A stretch of 63,724 nucleotides of DNA, counting the filler, from Perkinsus chesapeaki ATCC PRA-425 (taxonomy: Eukaryota; Protista; Perkinsozoa): NCBI GenBank assembly GCA_013115145.1. It is 5 parts of 5 records of this genome, joined end to end, with 100 filler letters (N's around TTAATTAATTAA, not from the genome) between each part and the next. Parts side by side here need not be neighbours in the genome. Positions count along the whole stretch, not along the records: positions 1 to 28,774 come from JAAPAO010000463.1; 4 more parts are not named here. One strand, written 5' to 3'. Below the pieces are notes generated by a model. It was not told where the DNA came from. It did not search any database and saw only the letters and a program-made list of their open reading frames with translations. The position numbers and the translations under genes were made by a program. Each line of letters begins with the position of its first letter. The first letter of the stretch is position 1. Below are positions 13,900 to 26,727 of the stretch, in pieces.

Positions 13900-15398
13900 T
13901 GTTTGCCAGAGGACCATGGCCTTCGTTGTCAGATCCTCACCGAGCTCACTGAGGCACAGCGAGTTCTCGGTAATAAATGCGGCACCTTCGACGAAGAAGA
14001 GATTCCGTTATCGCAACCCGGAGATGAAAGGCTGGATTGGGCCAGTAACATAACGAACCCAAGCGACAGTTCTTTCTCTCTTAATCGTCTCCAACTGTTC
14101 GAGCTTTTTCCCTTTGCAAAGCTCACCATTCAATTGACAACACGAGCCAGTTGCAAACACACTGGACGTCCATGATCTCATGGAGATGCACTACACTCAA
14201 GAAGGCTCAAGCAGTGCCCTCAACCTTAGTCTCAGGACCCTCTGGTGACAGCTGATCACCATCGCCCTTCACGAAGTTGGCCAGTTCATTCTCGAATCCA
14301 GCGTACCAATTATCCAGGCCCTTTTTGAAATTGGTAGATCTCTCATCTTCAGTCTTCATCAATGACTCCAGGGTGAGACCGGGCTCCGAGGAGGTGGCGG
14401 AACTCTTAGAACCCTCTTGGACGAAGGAAGCGCCTCCGCTGCCTTCATCATCGTCACCACCGTTCTCAATTTGGGCGTCCAGACGCTTCTCTAAAGGCTC
14501 CTGAGCAGGTAGAATCATCATCACGCAAATACATGGACTCGAAGACAAATTTTCAACAGATTTGGGGGAGCCGGGCTCTATTCTGGTCGACAGAGCTCCG
14601 CGCAAATTTCAAGGCTTCGGAAAGATATTTTTCAGGTCAAGTTGCTTACCAAGCCTTTAAGCTCCTTTTGAAATTCGGAGTGGACCTGTTTCTCAATCAG
14701 CACGTCCTTCTTGAGCTTGTCCCTTGCCCTACGGGTCTTCGCAGTCAAGTTGGCCAGGACAGCATCAGGCTGAAAATGCAAAGCAATGGATCGACCAACG
14801 CAGACCCCAGAAACTCACATCAGGTTTGCTGCCGTCGGTTACCGTGAGATCCTGAGGATTAAATGAATGTACACTGGCTTGAAATATCGAAAATACTCTC
14901 CCGCTAGGAAGGGAAATTTCAATCTCAAGTGGTCGACTCCAAACATGGAGATAAGAGATAAGTTGTCTACCACTCAGCATTGAGAGATAAACTTTTTACG
15001 ACGGCGATGAATCTAAGATGCGCATGGCGGAGCAAGAGAGACGCTGAGCAGCTCCCTTATGAAGCGGAATGGACCGGAAAAGAGGGGTTCGTTAGAGGAA
15101 ATATTAGATAACGACCCAAAAGATATTTTAGAGGTCGGGAAAAGGGCCTCCCAAAATATATGAGACTTCGAGCCAGTTCCGATTTGGCATTTTACGCGCC
15201 GACTCTTGAATGGACACTAAAGACTCACATTGTCGTCATCCTTATGGCGCAGGCGAGTGTGATGCGCATGATGGCGGTGATGGCGACCTTCCGCTCTGGC
15301 CTGGGCAACGGCAGTGATACCTGATAAAGTTAGTAGAGTATACAAGAGAGCGGTATGAGCTTACTAACTATAATCAGAGTAATATAGGCAAGATGCAT
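13900..15398 (-). CDS. Orphan secreted protein with His-rich N-terminus; 3' end approximate
   Basis: MHLAYITLIIV|SITAVAQARAEGRHHRHHAHHTRLRHKDDDN across a short GT-AG intron; later exon ...GSGGASFVQEGSKSS...KGLDNWYAGFENEL. Confidence 0.5.
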
Positions 15399-15879
15399 TT
15401 GAGGAGTTGGAGAGGGTTATATATAAGATAGTAAGAGCTAAACGAAAGGTAAAGTACCGTTTAATGAAAATGACTATTATAGGACGACAAATAATTTATA
15501 CAAGACAGCTCAGAAGATCTAAGATATAACTAAGGGATGCACAAAAGGACAACCATTGAGTCCCGGTAACGATGAACTAAACCACTCATCAGCAACTAGA
15601 GTCCCTCCGCCGGTCGCCTGATGATTCTGCGCAGTTAGTTTAGCGCGCGCCATTGTAATCGATTTATCTTTCGTTCGGCACTTGGGCGATTAACCTACGC
15701 TGCATCTTGTGTGTTAACTAGCTTTAGAATACTATTGATTATAAGTCCTGTACTCAATACAGTAGTCTTCGCAGCCCTCTAGCGTCCTTGTTGGAAAAGA
15801 TTCTTCCGAGGTTGTTTCGGGTCATCTGTTATTTTGGCGTCGGTCAATGAACAACATATCAGGCATTTTTACTGTGATA

Positions 15880-18800
15880 ATGGCTAAAGATTTCGACGTT
15901 ATTGTATTCGGTGCAAGTGGCTATGCTGGAGCATTTGTCGCCAAGGAAATGGCAGTACTTGGCGAGAAGAATAAACTAAAAGTCGGTATGGCCGGCAGGA
16001 ACTCTGAAAGGATCATCACGGTAACGTTAATCTCGCTGATACAGTCGGATATTATTTTGAATAGGAAGTGAAGAAGCATGGTTATGTTCCTCGAGAGGAC
16101 CAGATTGTTGTTGCTGATGTATCGAACACTGACTCCATTAAAAATATGGTCAAACGTAAGTTGCTTAGATGGAGAGGATCTGACTTCATGACGCGTATAA
16201 GATGTCATTATTGGCTAGTCTCTTCTGTACAATTTCCGCAAGCGTATCAAACGCATTGGTTCAAGTCAAGTCATTTTCCTCAATGAATTTGAACGCTTCA
16301 CTCCCATGCGTGTATTTTAACGGTTGTTCGTTCTCCCGCCGTCCTCAAGGCCGATTCAACCTAGGATTCGTATCTTAGTTCAATAATTAATAATAATGTC
16401 CCTCAACTAGTTCCATGCACTATCTTCTGATCCTCCTCCTGTTCACTTTTAGGCACTCGTTTGGTTATGAACTGCGTTGGGCCATATAGGCATTTTGGTG
16501 AAACTGTCGTGTCGGTATGCGCTGAGCTCGGTACAGACTATATGGACTTGTGTGGTGAACCAGAATTTATAGAGAAGATGCAACTCAAGTACGACCGATG
16601 GTTATTAAGTATCTTACCGAATAATCTTCACAGTGCGTTCTAAGAATCTTTCCAGATACACTGAGCTTGCCAAGCAAAGCGGCGCCATTGTGATGAATGC
16701 ATGCGCATTCGATTCAGTGCCGGCAGATTTTGGTTTCCAGTTGATGCATGACCGTCTCGCCAAAGATGGAGGGGTAAGCCGCTTGAGTTTTAGTACTGAC
16801 TAGAAGGCTGTCGAAGTCCGGCGGGAATCGTACAAATTGAGCCTAACCGTGCAGGTCTCTGGAGAGGGTGGGGTCATCATTCGATCACCTTTGCCGACGT
16901 ATCTACTGTGCACATTTGTTTCATTAAACTGTGGCGCACCGCCTGTGGATTACTTCAAGTTTGCGATTTCTCGTAGTCAAGTTGCCAAGAAAGAGCTATA
17001 GTAGGGAGCAGTTTTCGTCATCTACCCGCATGACCGATTAAATACTTGTTGCATTTTAACAAATATTCTGGTTATAACGTGTCTCTAGTTTCACCTGTTT
17101 GCTTGTCCTTGGTAAATATAACTCTCTGCTATGTCTGAATGTGGTTCCCATTATACTGCTTTTACTGTCAGATTCCGGTATCCGTCGAAAGCTTCCTCAG
17201 GAATCTCTATGGCCCAAAAGGATACGTTGGTCATTACGCAACGTAGCATCAACTGTTATATAATAAATCCTGCAAAAGTGTCCAGATACGAATGTGCTGT
17301 ATATGGCATGGGCTCTGTTGGAGAGCTTCGGGAAGTACGCAGAAGTCTACAAGCTGAGGGTAGGTATTCGAAACAACCTCGTTGGAATCTTTCAAGGTTA
17401 ACATTTTTATACCATAATTTCAATACCCTATGTACTTAGCCGCCATCGGTACAGGGCGATTGATTCGTTAAGAGGTTTAGTTGGTCTTACGAGAATGTTG
17501 AGGCTTGTTAGTGTGCGTACGTTGAAAATGTAGATATCACAAAGTGAATTGTTTTGGATCATCAAAACTTTAAGAGCACCCTTGTTGTATTTAACTAATG
17601 TACCTACGAAACAGTATCGTTGATTTCCGTTGGTTGATTTTCGATAATTTAATTAATTTAATCGTTCGATTTTATCTCCCAACTCGCTTCTCATCAGGCA
17701 TGAAGCCCAAGTTGAATCGCAGCGGTCCTGCTTTAAAGCATCATCCTGGATTCTTCGAAGATGACAGGGTTCCCGGCAAGCTCTGTATGAACTTCCTCGG
17801 CAGCGACCGATCAGTCGTCCAACGTATGTTATTATTCCCACCGAAATTAATCCAATCTATTTCCTCAGGTACACAGGAGATGCAGACCTTGGACGATAAG
17901 AGCTATCAAGGAATCTATCATAACTGCTATCTTGCTGTAGGGTCAAGTGCACGGGTGAAGCTCTGGATTCGCTTCGATTCAGGTTGAGAACACTCTCGTG
18001 AACAAGTTGGCTTTCATCATTTTCGGTGGAATGATTAACTTCCTTTGTAAATACCCTTGGGGTAGACAATTGCTGTTGAAGTAAGTGGAGGCGAGCTGCC
18101 GTCTCGAGCTAGTATTAAATCTAATGTATATAATAGTTCATCCAGCCTCTTATCGCTTACGTGTACACTCGCATTTTTACCGCGGCTCAGCAGCAGGTTA
18201 TCCTGCTATAGCGTTACCTTCTTATTTGGTACAGTTAGGAAGGTGGTCGGTGGGGACAGGCCACGCAAGAAGACAACGAATAGTGCATGCATAAGATAAC
18301 AACACTTGAACGTTAAAATAGTATATCGTTAATATCGTTAGTATACCGGTAATAGTATATCGTTAGTATCGTTAGTATACCGGTAATAGTATATCGTTAA
18401 TAACGACTCGTTATTGTCGACAATGGTGGCCTCCTGAATTAGGCTCACCCCCCCCAGCGTCTGCGGTAGTATCGAGTCTCTGATGGTTATTTGGAAATGA
18501 GACAAAAAACAATTAGAAACAGAAGATCCATCAAATTTTACTCTTAATTTTCATTAGTGAATCGCGGCGAAAATTGTCATCGCGATCTTATATGATCGTA
18601 GCCGTTGTAGCTTAGACTTGAGCACTAAAGAGTTTCGTGAATCTCAGGTATCCCAAGTTGTTCACATTTGGCTACTTCTCCCATGAAGGTTCGACAATGG
18701 AACAGCTAGAGGAAGCCGGGTACGGAAGATCATCACTCTTTCATGCATCTATCGATTATTAGGTATCAAATAGACTTTTTCGGTAAGGGTTTCTCAAGCA

Positions 18801-19095
18801 AGAAGGCTCAAGAGGAGCATCCTGACCAGCCAGACGTCGAAGTGAAGGCGAGCGTGCACGGTCCTGATCCGGGCTATATAGGAACTAGCCGAATGTTCTC
18901 TCAATTGGCATTGGTAAGTGATGCCCCCGCCGAGGTTCGAACTTGCGTGCATAGGTATTGCTGACTTTGAGAGATAGCGTTGCGGTTAAGCAAGGTGGTG
19001 TCTATACAGCAGCTAGAGTGTTCAGAGGGACGGTGGCTCCTAAGAGGCTTACTGACGATGGCTGTGCTGTTTTCAGCGATGAGATACTCGACTAA
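15880..19095 (+). CDS. SCCPDH: Saccharopine dehydrogenase-like oxidoreductase, paralog 1 (multi-exon)
   Basis: FDVIVFGASGYAG (Rossmann), AGRN, NCVGPYRHFGETVV...DYMDLCGEPEF, CAFDSVPADFG, GPDPGYIGTS, GGVYTAA; ends DEILD-TAA. Confidence 0.9.
18317..18402. repeat. Intronic tandem repeat, 34-bp unit x about 2.5
   Basis: aatagtatatcgtta(a/g)tatcgttagtataccggt twice plus a partial third copy. Confidence 0.8.
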
Positions 19096-19601
19096 GATGT
19101 TGACTATCTTTGAGGCTCTACGACGCAATTTTACACCACGCCGTCGGAGCCGACAGAATTTTCTTATTCACTTTCTTGGGAATGTTTAATCACCCTTTCT
19201 TGGTGTAGTCGAGTTGGTGGGAAGTAAGGGTGTCTATTCCATATTGTATCGTTTATATTCTTGATGATAAATATCTTGTTGTAGAGATTGAAGATCAAAT
19301 GTTTATTCGGCAAATTACGGGAGTCAAGTCATAGGATCTAATATGGCCCGATTCTACCCATTCAATTTCAGCTACCACTTTTCCTCGCTCTCGAACCAAT
19401 TACTAGTATGTAGTTAGTATTGGTAGCCTTATCACTAGTGAGGTGTAAGTGTTAGTTTGGCTTTTCTATAAACTTCGTTCTCACTTTTTAGTGTAGAGTT
19501 TCTAACGCTTCATTTTCACTATTACTGCGGAGTTTTCTCATTGCTGCGATCCAATATCTCTTTTTTTCTGAGTTGAATTTGATTAATAATCGATTTGTTT
19601 A

Positions 19602-22009
19602 ATGCCCTCCTCGACTTCATCGTTATCTTCATCACCCGAAAGAACACAATCGGCTGTCACCTCCGTGCGCGGTCGTCGCAACCATATTGATGGTCGCGAT
19701 TTCGATGTAGTGGTTTTCGGCTGCACCGGATTCGTTGGAAAGCTGGTGCTCGAAAAAATGTATAACTACGCTAAGCCAGCTGGCTTGAAAGTAGCCGCTG
19801 TCGGAAGAGACGAAGATAGGGTAAAGCAGGTAAGCTGGCAGCCTGCCATTCGGGAGGGCGGGGGTTCTATCCCTGGCGGCGCCGTTTTTCCATCTATATT
19901 ATTCAGACTATCGATGTCCTCGATTTAGAAGGCAAGGTCGGATATATGATTGCCGGCGTTTATGATTCGGACTCGATCGACGAAATGGTGAAAAGTAAAA
20001 TGGGAACTTCCTTTTTTTGGCGGCATGTTTTTACTTGAGATACTCGACTCGTTCTTAATTGTGTCGGCCCATACGCTCTTTACGGTGAGCCAGTTGTGGC
20101 TTCCTGTGTGAAGTATGGTACCGATTATATGGATATTTCTGGCGAGGTGCAGTTTATAGAGAGAATGCAGTTGAAGTAGTAACAACCGGGTGGGGGAATA
20201 GCTTTCTCAAAAATGCCTGTAATGCATTCGTTATGCAGGCAGAGTGTCCAAGGGTACATCAATATGTGGTTTAACTAGTTCTTTTATGCGAAAGGCCATG
20301 GGTTCGAAACCCGGTGATGCCATTTTATTGTAGATACTCTGAAAAAGCTAAGCAATCAGGAGCAGTTATCATGTCGGCCTGTGCTTGGGATTCCGTTCCC
20401 GAAGATCTCGGTTTCCAATTAGTCAGGGATAAGATGGTCTCGGAGGGAGTGGTACGTTTGCTCAATCCAGCCGTGAAGGCTCAATCGGCTTTCAAGTAGA
20501 TACCGCATTCGATCGATGGTTTTGTCGAAGTGCTGCCTGGTCCCATGGGTTATAGAGCTCACTTTGGCACCTATGAGAGTGCAGTGCTTGCCATGTCTTC
20601 TATGAAACAATGCATTAAAATCAGGAAGGCTCTGCGTGCTAAAGGTGAGTCGCTCGGTAGGATAATTGCAGTGTTAATCCATCAAATGGGGGCACAGCAG
20701 CAGTTCTGTAGGGATATATATCATTACGCTTCATGGCGCCGGTCATTGAATATTAATACTTCATAAGCGCAGACTGTGGTTGACTCCTACATTCCACTCA
20801 TGGCTGGGGACGCTAAATCACTTAGTCGCGGTGAATAGCATCGAAGGCAAATTTATGTTTACCTTTTCAATAACTCATCCTACTGTTTCAAGACAATGCC
20901 ACTCGTCTTGATAATATTCCTATCAGGTTTGGCTCCAAAACTTAACAAGCGTGGGCCTGCTCCTCTCCTACCTCGGAAGTATCTTCCTGTATTATGCGAT
21001 TCACGCGTATCCGGCACATATGTTCCATTCCTCGGCACCGATCCCTATGTTATAAAAAGTGAGGCGACAGCTTCAACCTAAGATTCTTTCTACTCGTTTC
21101 TTCAGGAACACAGCAAATGCTGACGCTTGCTGATCCCGAGTATGTTGGAGTCCGATCCGCTTGCTATTTCAAAGTAAGCTGAATTTCGTTATGATAGAAA
21201 GCTCACTTATGCTACTTGAACTAGCTTGGTTAATTTTTGAGTAACACTGAAAGCAACTGAAGGGAAGTCACATCGCGAAGAAGTTACCACTTTTCTACGT
21301 TCTGCAAGGTCCCTTCTTCTATATCTTTCCGTCTTCTCCGGCTACATATCCGTTTCGCGTTGTAGACTTCTTCCCCTACATGTCAGAACATTTAGCGATC
21401 TTTTCCTCTTCAGTTACCTGACACAATCCTTGGTAAACTAGGATACCTGTTCTACGGTCTGTTAGTGTTTTTATTCTCTCTTTTCGAAGTTGGACGCAAA
21501 CTGCTTCTACAGTAGGAAGGCCTATCCTCTCTTCCATTTAGTTTGTTCCATTCAGTTTCCCCGAGTTCTTCACTCATGGCATGTTCAGCCACCGTGGCCC
21601 AACTCAAACCCAAATGGAAACCACAAAGTAAACCCGACCATTAAATCCTGCCATTGATTCTTCTCAACAGATATAAGATTGCTTTTATCGGTCGTGGCTA
21701 CTCCGATGAGAAAGCTCTAGAGTTGCATCCCCGAAAGCCCGATTCAGAAGTCCTCGGTACCGTAACTGGTCCCGATCCGGGCTACGATGCCACCAGCGGC
21801 ATATTCACCACCTTGGCCATGGTCAGCTTCCAAGCGCTATATCACACCCTCACAGTTTAATACTTCAGGTTCTTCTTACTGATAAGAAATCCTTGAAGAG
21901 CACGAAGGGAGGCGTCTACACACCAGCCGCATTTTTCCGTGGCAGCAGCGCCGCCAAGAGACTTACTGAAGAGGGATATGCTTCCTTCAGTGCTAACCTG
22001 TTAGATTAA
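19602..22009 (+). CDS. SCCPDH: Saccharopine dehydrogenase-like oxidoreductase, paralog 2
   Basis: FDVVVFGCTGFVG, VGRD, CVGPYALYGEPVV...DYMDISGE, CAWDSVPEDLG, GPDPGYDATS, GGVYTPA; ends ANLLD-TAA. Confidence 0.9.
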
Positions 22010-22736
22010 GCTTTTCTATCTCTTACTTGGATATTCGCCCGTCATTCCTCTAGCTCGTTTCAGTTTACAAGACATCAATTTCCAACATCTGCTTTATCGA
22101 GTTCCAGTCATTGGGGGAGGCTACCTAAATTACGCACCTCTATTGTTGTGTACTGTATACGTGAGACTTTTCGAGGGGCTTCGCTCCGCTAGGCCTACCA
22201 AGAGAACAGTCGTTTTCCTAAGCTGACAAAAAATCTTCTAAGACTTGTGTACACTTTGATGAGATATACATTCATATCTCTCGTAATATATATTCCTACG
22301 TGAAGCTCGTGAAGAAGCTTTCCGAGTTAGTTGAAGTGCAGGGCTATACCTTTTCCCGCAAGCTACCTTGCTTTGGATCTGAATGCAAAGCTGAAAGATA
22401 CCTTACTTGGGATCTGCTTTCTTATATTACTCGGACATAAATAATACATCCCGGCATGGGAGACTTGGCCAAACGCTGCCTTCAGTCTAATGTAACAATG
22501 GTCCGATCGCCAGCGCACAATACAATATCTCAAACAAACTTCGTGCTGGGGTGATTTAGAGTCTTAAAACTAATGTTTGATTGACAAAACTCAACATGAA
22601 ATCTACCAGAGACTAATCTAGAGCACTGCTGGATGCACGCTTGACGTGGATTGACGTTATATACGTATGATTGGGTTCTCCCCATTAGAGAGAAAGTGAA
22701 TGAATGATGAGAATACTACCGACGGCAGTGTGAGCC

Positions 22737-23630
22737 TTATATCGGAGTCGGTATCGCAGGAGTTGGGGCTACTGTAGTAGGTACCGGAGTAGTAGTTGGG
22801 GCTACTGTAGTAGGTACCGGGGTAGTAGTTGGGGCTACTGTAGTAGGTACCGGAGTAGTAGTTGGGGCTACTGTAGTAGGTACCGCAGTAGTAGTTGGGG
22901 CTACTGTAGTAGGTACCGCAGTAGTAGTTGTGGCTACTGTAGTGACAACGGCGGTTGTTGTTGTAGTAGGTGGAGTAGGAGTCGATGTGATTACTGTAGA
23001 AGTAGCAATCGTAGTCGTTGTCGTTGTAGTGGGGAAATCGCTGCAGGTTGTTGGGCCACATGGTTGGTCACCGTCTTGGCAAACAGGAACGTGCAGCCAC
23101 CATTTGCAATAAGAAATCCTATCACCGAAGGCACCGTTGTTCAGTGATCTACAGTAGGCATCACAGTTGTCACTCGCGCCAGTATGCTGGTCAGGAGGAG
23201 CTGCTGTAGTGGGAGCATCGCCGGTATCACAATTGGATGGTCCACAAGGTTGATCTCCACCTTGGCAGACCGGTGATGGCTTCCACCACTTGCAATAGGA
23301 ACTTGGGCCATTCAATCCGACACAGAATGCATCGCATGCAGTCGATCTATGGGGATGTCCACCGGCAACAGTCGTTGGATCCACAGGCGGAGGCCAGGTT
23401 TGAGACTCACAAACGCTGTGATCACCACATGGTTGATCTCCAACTTGGCACACCGGAACAGGCAGCCACCACTTGCAGTAGGAGGCAGCGTCGTTGAGGC
23501 TCTTGCACATGCTATCACAGGCGAAATTTGGGCCCGATGGACTGGTCGTCGGAGGAGCAGTGGTGGACACTTGCAACTGGCGAGAAGCAACAGCTGGGAG
23601 AGTTAGAACGATGCCGGCTGCAGAAACCAT
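22737..23630 (-). CDS. Secreted protein with three 4-Cys repeats (CD..C..LN...SYCKWW...PVCQ.GDQPCG) and a Thr/Pro-rich mucin-like tail
   Basis: Single 297-aa ORF with a signal peptide; three clear internal repeats; PTTVAPTTT tail. Confidence 0.85.
   Translation of the reverse strand: MVSAAGIVLTLPAVASRQLQVSTTAPPTTSPSGPNFACDSMCKSLNDAASYCKWWLPVPVCQVGDQPCGDHSVCESQTWPPPVDPTTVAGGHPHRSTACDAFCVGLNGPSSYCKWWKPSPVCQGGDQPCGPSNCDTGDAPTTAAPPDQHTGASDNCDAYCRSLNNGAFGDRISYCKWWLHVPVCQDGDQPCGPTTCSDFPTTTTTTTIATSTVITSTPTPPTTTTTAVVTTVATTTTAVPTTVAPTTTAVPTTVAPTTTPVPTTVAPTTTPVPTTVAPTTTPVPTTVAPTPAIPTPI
22764..22945. repeat. Coding minisatellite, 33-bp unit x about 5.5 (encodes PTTVAPTTT[PA]V)
   Basis: gttggggctactgtagtaggtaccg(g/c)(a/g)gtagta repeated. 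Confidence 0.9.
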
Positions 23631-24683
23631 TGCGGTGAGTAAAGATATAACCTAAGTGGTGAGCAATGACTTATCTTCCTATCGATCAGACTGAGGATGG
23701 GGAAGACAATAAGATGCTATTCATTTGAAAGCTTCGCGTATCTCGCTTCTGACCGAAACGGTAAGATACAGATTAGGTATCTTTTCGAGTGCGAAGATTG
23801 CGCAGCCTTGAGCTATTCGTTGATGCGCGCCGGGCGCGCCGCGCGAACATCGTTCACATCTCCATCTCCATCGACTTTCCCGCAGGGAGACGTGGTTTAG
23901 TTCGCACCATGTATTGCTCAGAAGGTAAAGTGTCAACCTGACTATAATCCTATACAAGTGACATCTCTAGGATGTTGGCCAACGTAACAAGTAGATTGGG
24001 TCGTTTGCAAGAGGTATCTTGCAAACCCTGAATACAAATATAAAAACCATTGAGAGCTCTATGAAGCTCTTGCATACGCTAGAATAGTGTCAGCAAGTCT
24101 TGTGGAGGTCACTGTTTGGGAACTCTATACAAGATTACACCAGACAGGAGGAGCCTTTGGCCGGGGCATGAAGAGAGATGCACGACCCTTGCTTTCGGTC
24201 ACACAAATGACTTCGGACATATAACCCATCCAAGATGCAAGCCTAAGCATTGATAGTAAAGGATTGGTGTTACGAGCCCCCAAGGCATCGGTGATGCATT
24301 TTGTGTAGAGGGACAGCTCTCTAATATGCTTTTTTGTGTCGCATACCTAGCAATTGTGTTGCGTCCATCCGCGTTATCAGCACGGAACGGATTCGAGTCT
24401 ATCTCTTTTGCGGAACCATTATAAGGTCTACGCTTGCTAGCATGTTCTTCCCATACACGAATTACCTTAATCTTATTTACAGCTTTTCCATAATAAATTA
24501 TTGTCTAATATTTGCTATAGGTGACGCAGGATCGTTGAGCGTCTCCGTTTTGCATTTCTGAGGATCACGCTGCAATGGAATTGCATTTCATAATTAACAA
24601 TATTTATCATCGCGGATTGGTCCGCGTTGCTTCTTACATCTCCGAATGAATGCCTTTCATGTAGTTCATCTTACCATATTTCA

Positions 24684-26727
24684 ATGACCGACAAATCTGC
24701 TAATAAACCCCAAAACAGTCGATTGTTTGATGTTGTTGTTTTCGGCTGCACCGGCCTAGTTGGTCGGTTAACTCTCACGACGATGCTCAGACTGGCAGCA
24801 CCTGTCCACCTTAAAGTGGCAGCTGCTGGCCGGAATGAAGATAAGATCAAACAAGTGCGTATTCGCATCTTCTGCCTCTGGCTGAAGACTCGATTTAGAT
24901 TATATCAAATATTAAAGGGGAGTTGTCATCATCTCAAGAAGTCGGGTATATAGTGGCCGACGCTTACGATCAACACTCTATACAAGAAATGGTTAGGAGT
25001 AGCATCGACCTTTGAAGCTTTCATCCCACAGAATCCCCAGGTACCCGCTTGGTGCTAAACTGTGCCGGGCCATTCTCCTTGCACGGTGAGGTTGTTGTTA
25101 AAGCCTGTGTTGAGGCTGGCACTGATTACATGGACACAGCAGGGGAGATCAACTTTGCTGAAGCAATGCAACTCAAGTACTCCCGACTTCGAACGAGTTG
25201 CTCATTCGAGCGTTAGGTATTCAGCGGCAGCCAAGACCTCAGGATCCGTCATCATATCCTCGTGCGCCTTTGACGCTGTGCCGGGTGACATCGGTGTGCA
25301 GTTAATGCACGACGCGCTTAGCAAGAACGGAGGAGTAGGCCAACGCGTTGTCTCCTGGTGGATCAGGTGCCTTTTCAGGTGCCCTATTCGGTAGAGGCGT
25401 TCTTAGAAATACAAGAAGGTCCCAAAGGCTACACTGGGGGCTTCGGCACGTAGGCTGCTGCTGCTCCTCTTTTTAAGAGTCATCGACTTATCATCTGCAG
25501 GTTCCAAAGCTTGTTGCTCGCCTTCAGCAACAGGTCGATGTTGAAGAAGACTCGCAAGGAGCTCAGAGCAGCAGGTCCATCTACATAGTCTTCATTTTGC
25601 CTACTTTTCCTCTTCACAGGACAACGCCCTGACTTAAAGCTCTCCGGTCCGAAGTTCTCGCCGCATAATCTGCCATTCATCGATTCAAGAGCCCCACGTG
25701 GGATATACGTCCCTTTCGTCGGCCCAACGCCATCTGTGGTTCTCCGTATGATTTCCTGTTTACGTCCAAAACAGCGTCTCCTGTTGCAGGTTCCCAACAG
25801 TTGTTGTCCAAGGAGGATCCCTCATATACGGCTGTTAATGATATTACTTATATGAAGGTAAGTCGGTGCTTCAATAACTCTAACCAACATCGACGAATAA
25901 CTAGTAGAATATCTGTGGTATTCGGAGAGACGTTATGGATAGAAAACAAAAGGAAACTCGGTCGTTTGCACAGCTTTCATCATTTGCACTTTTCAGCGTC
26001 TGTCGTAAATTCGGTTATTGTCATCAAAACGTTATGTTCCTCGGGCAACTGTCTGGGATGATAGGATTCAGCTACTATTCAACGGCTAGACACCTGCTGC
26101 TATTTCATCAACGATTGCGCTGGTTTCTCAGATGCCACCTGGAATTCTCACCAAGATGGGGTACGCCTTCTTTGGTTTGATTTGTCTGCTCATGTCTACT
26201 TTCGAAGTTGGTCGAAGACTTCTACACAAGTTAGAGCTCTCGATTGAAGAATCCGTCGCTGACTCGGCTGGTTAGGTTCCCGGAGGCGTTCACCGGAGGT
26301 AAGATTTCACGAAGCGGTCCGACAAGGGAGCAAATGGAGAGCACATTGTAGGTCAGTTCTGACGCCTTTTGTGCAGTATCCTGCATTTCAGTTATAAAAT
26401 AACTTTCATTGGATCTGGATATTCTAGTGAGAAAGCATTGGACACTCATCCGGCGGCTCGTGATGTGACATTAAAAGGCAGCGTGACCGGCCCTGATCCC
26501 GGCTACAATGCCACCAGTGGCATCCTCGCCACCTTGGGATTTGTACGGAGTCCTCTGGCATCTCGCCGACTCTGACGCTTGTGTAGGTACTTTTAACAGA
26601 GCGAGACAGCGTTTCGGTTAAGCACGGTGGTGTCTATACTCCAGCGACGGTATTCAGAGGCACAAGTGCTGCAAAAAGGCTAACACAAGAGAGGTTTGCT
26701 GTGTACAGCGATAATATGCTGGATTGA
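24684..26727 (+). CDS. SCCPDH: Saccharopine dehydrogenase-like oxidoreductase, paralog 3
   Basis: FDVVVFGCTGLVG, AGRN, NCAGPFSLHGEVVV...DYMDTAGE, CAFDAVPGDIG, GPDPGYNATS, GGVYTPA; ends DNMLD-TGA. Confidence 0.9.

Noticed and set aside
22764-22945. CRISPR-like regular repeat
   Set aside because: No unique spacers; it is a 33-bp coding minisatellite in a eukaryotic mucin.
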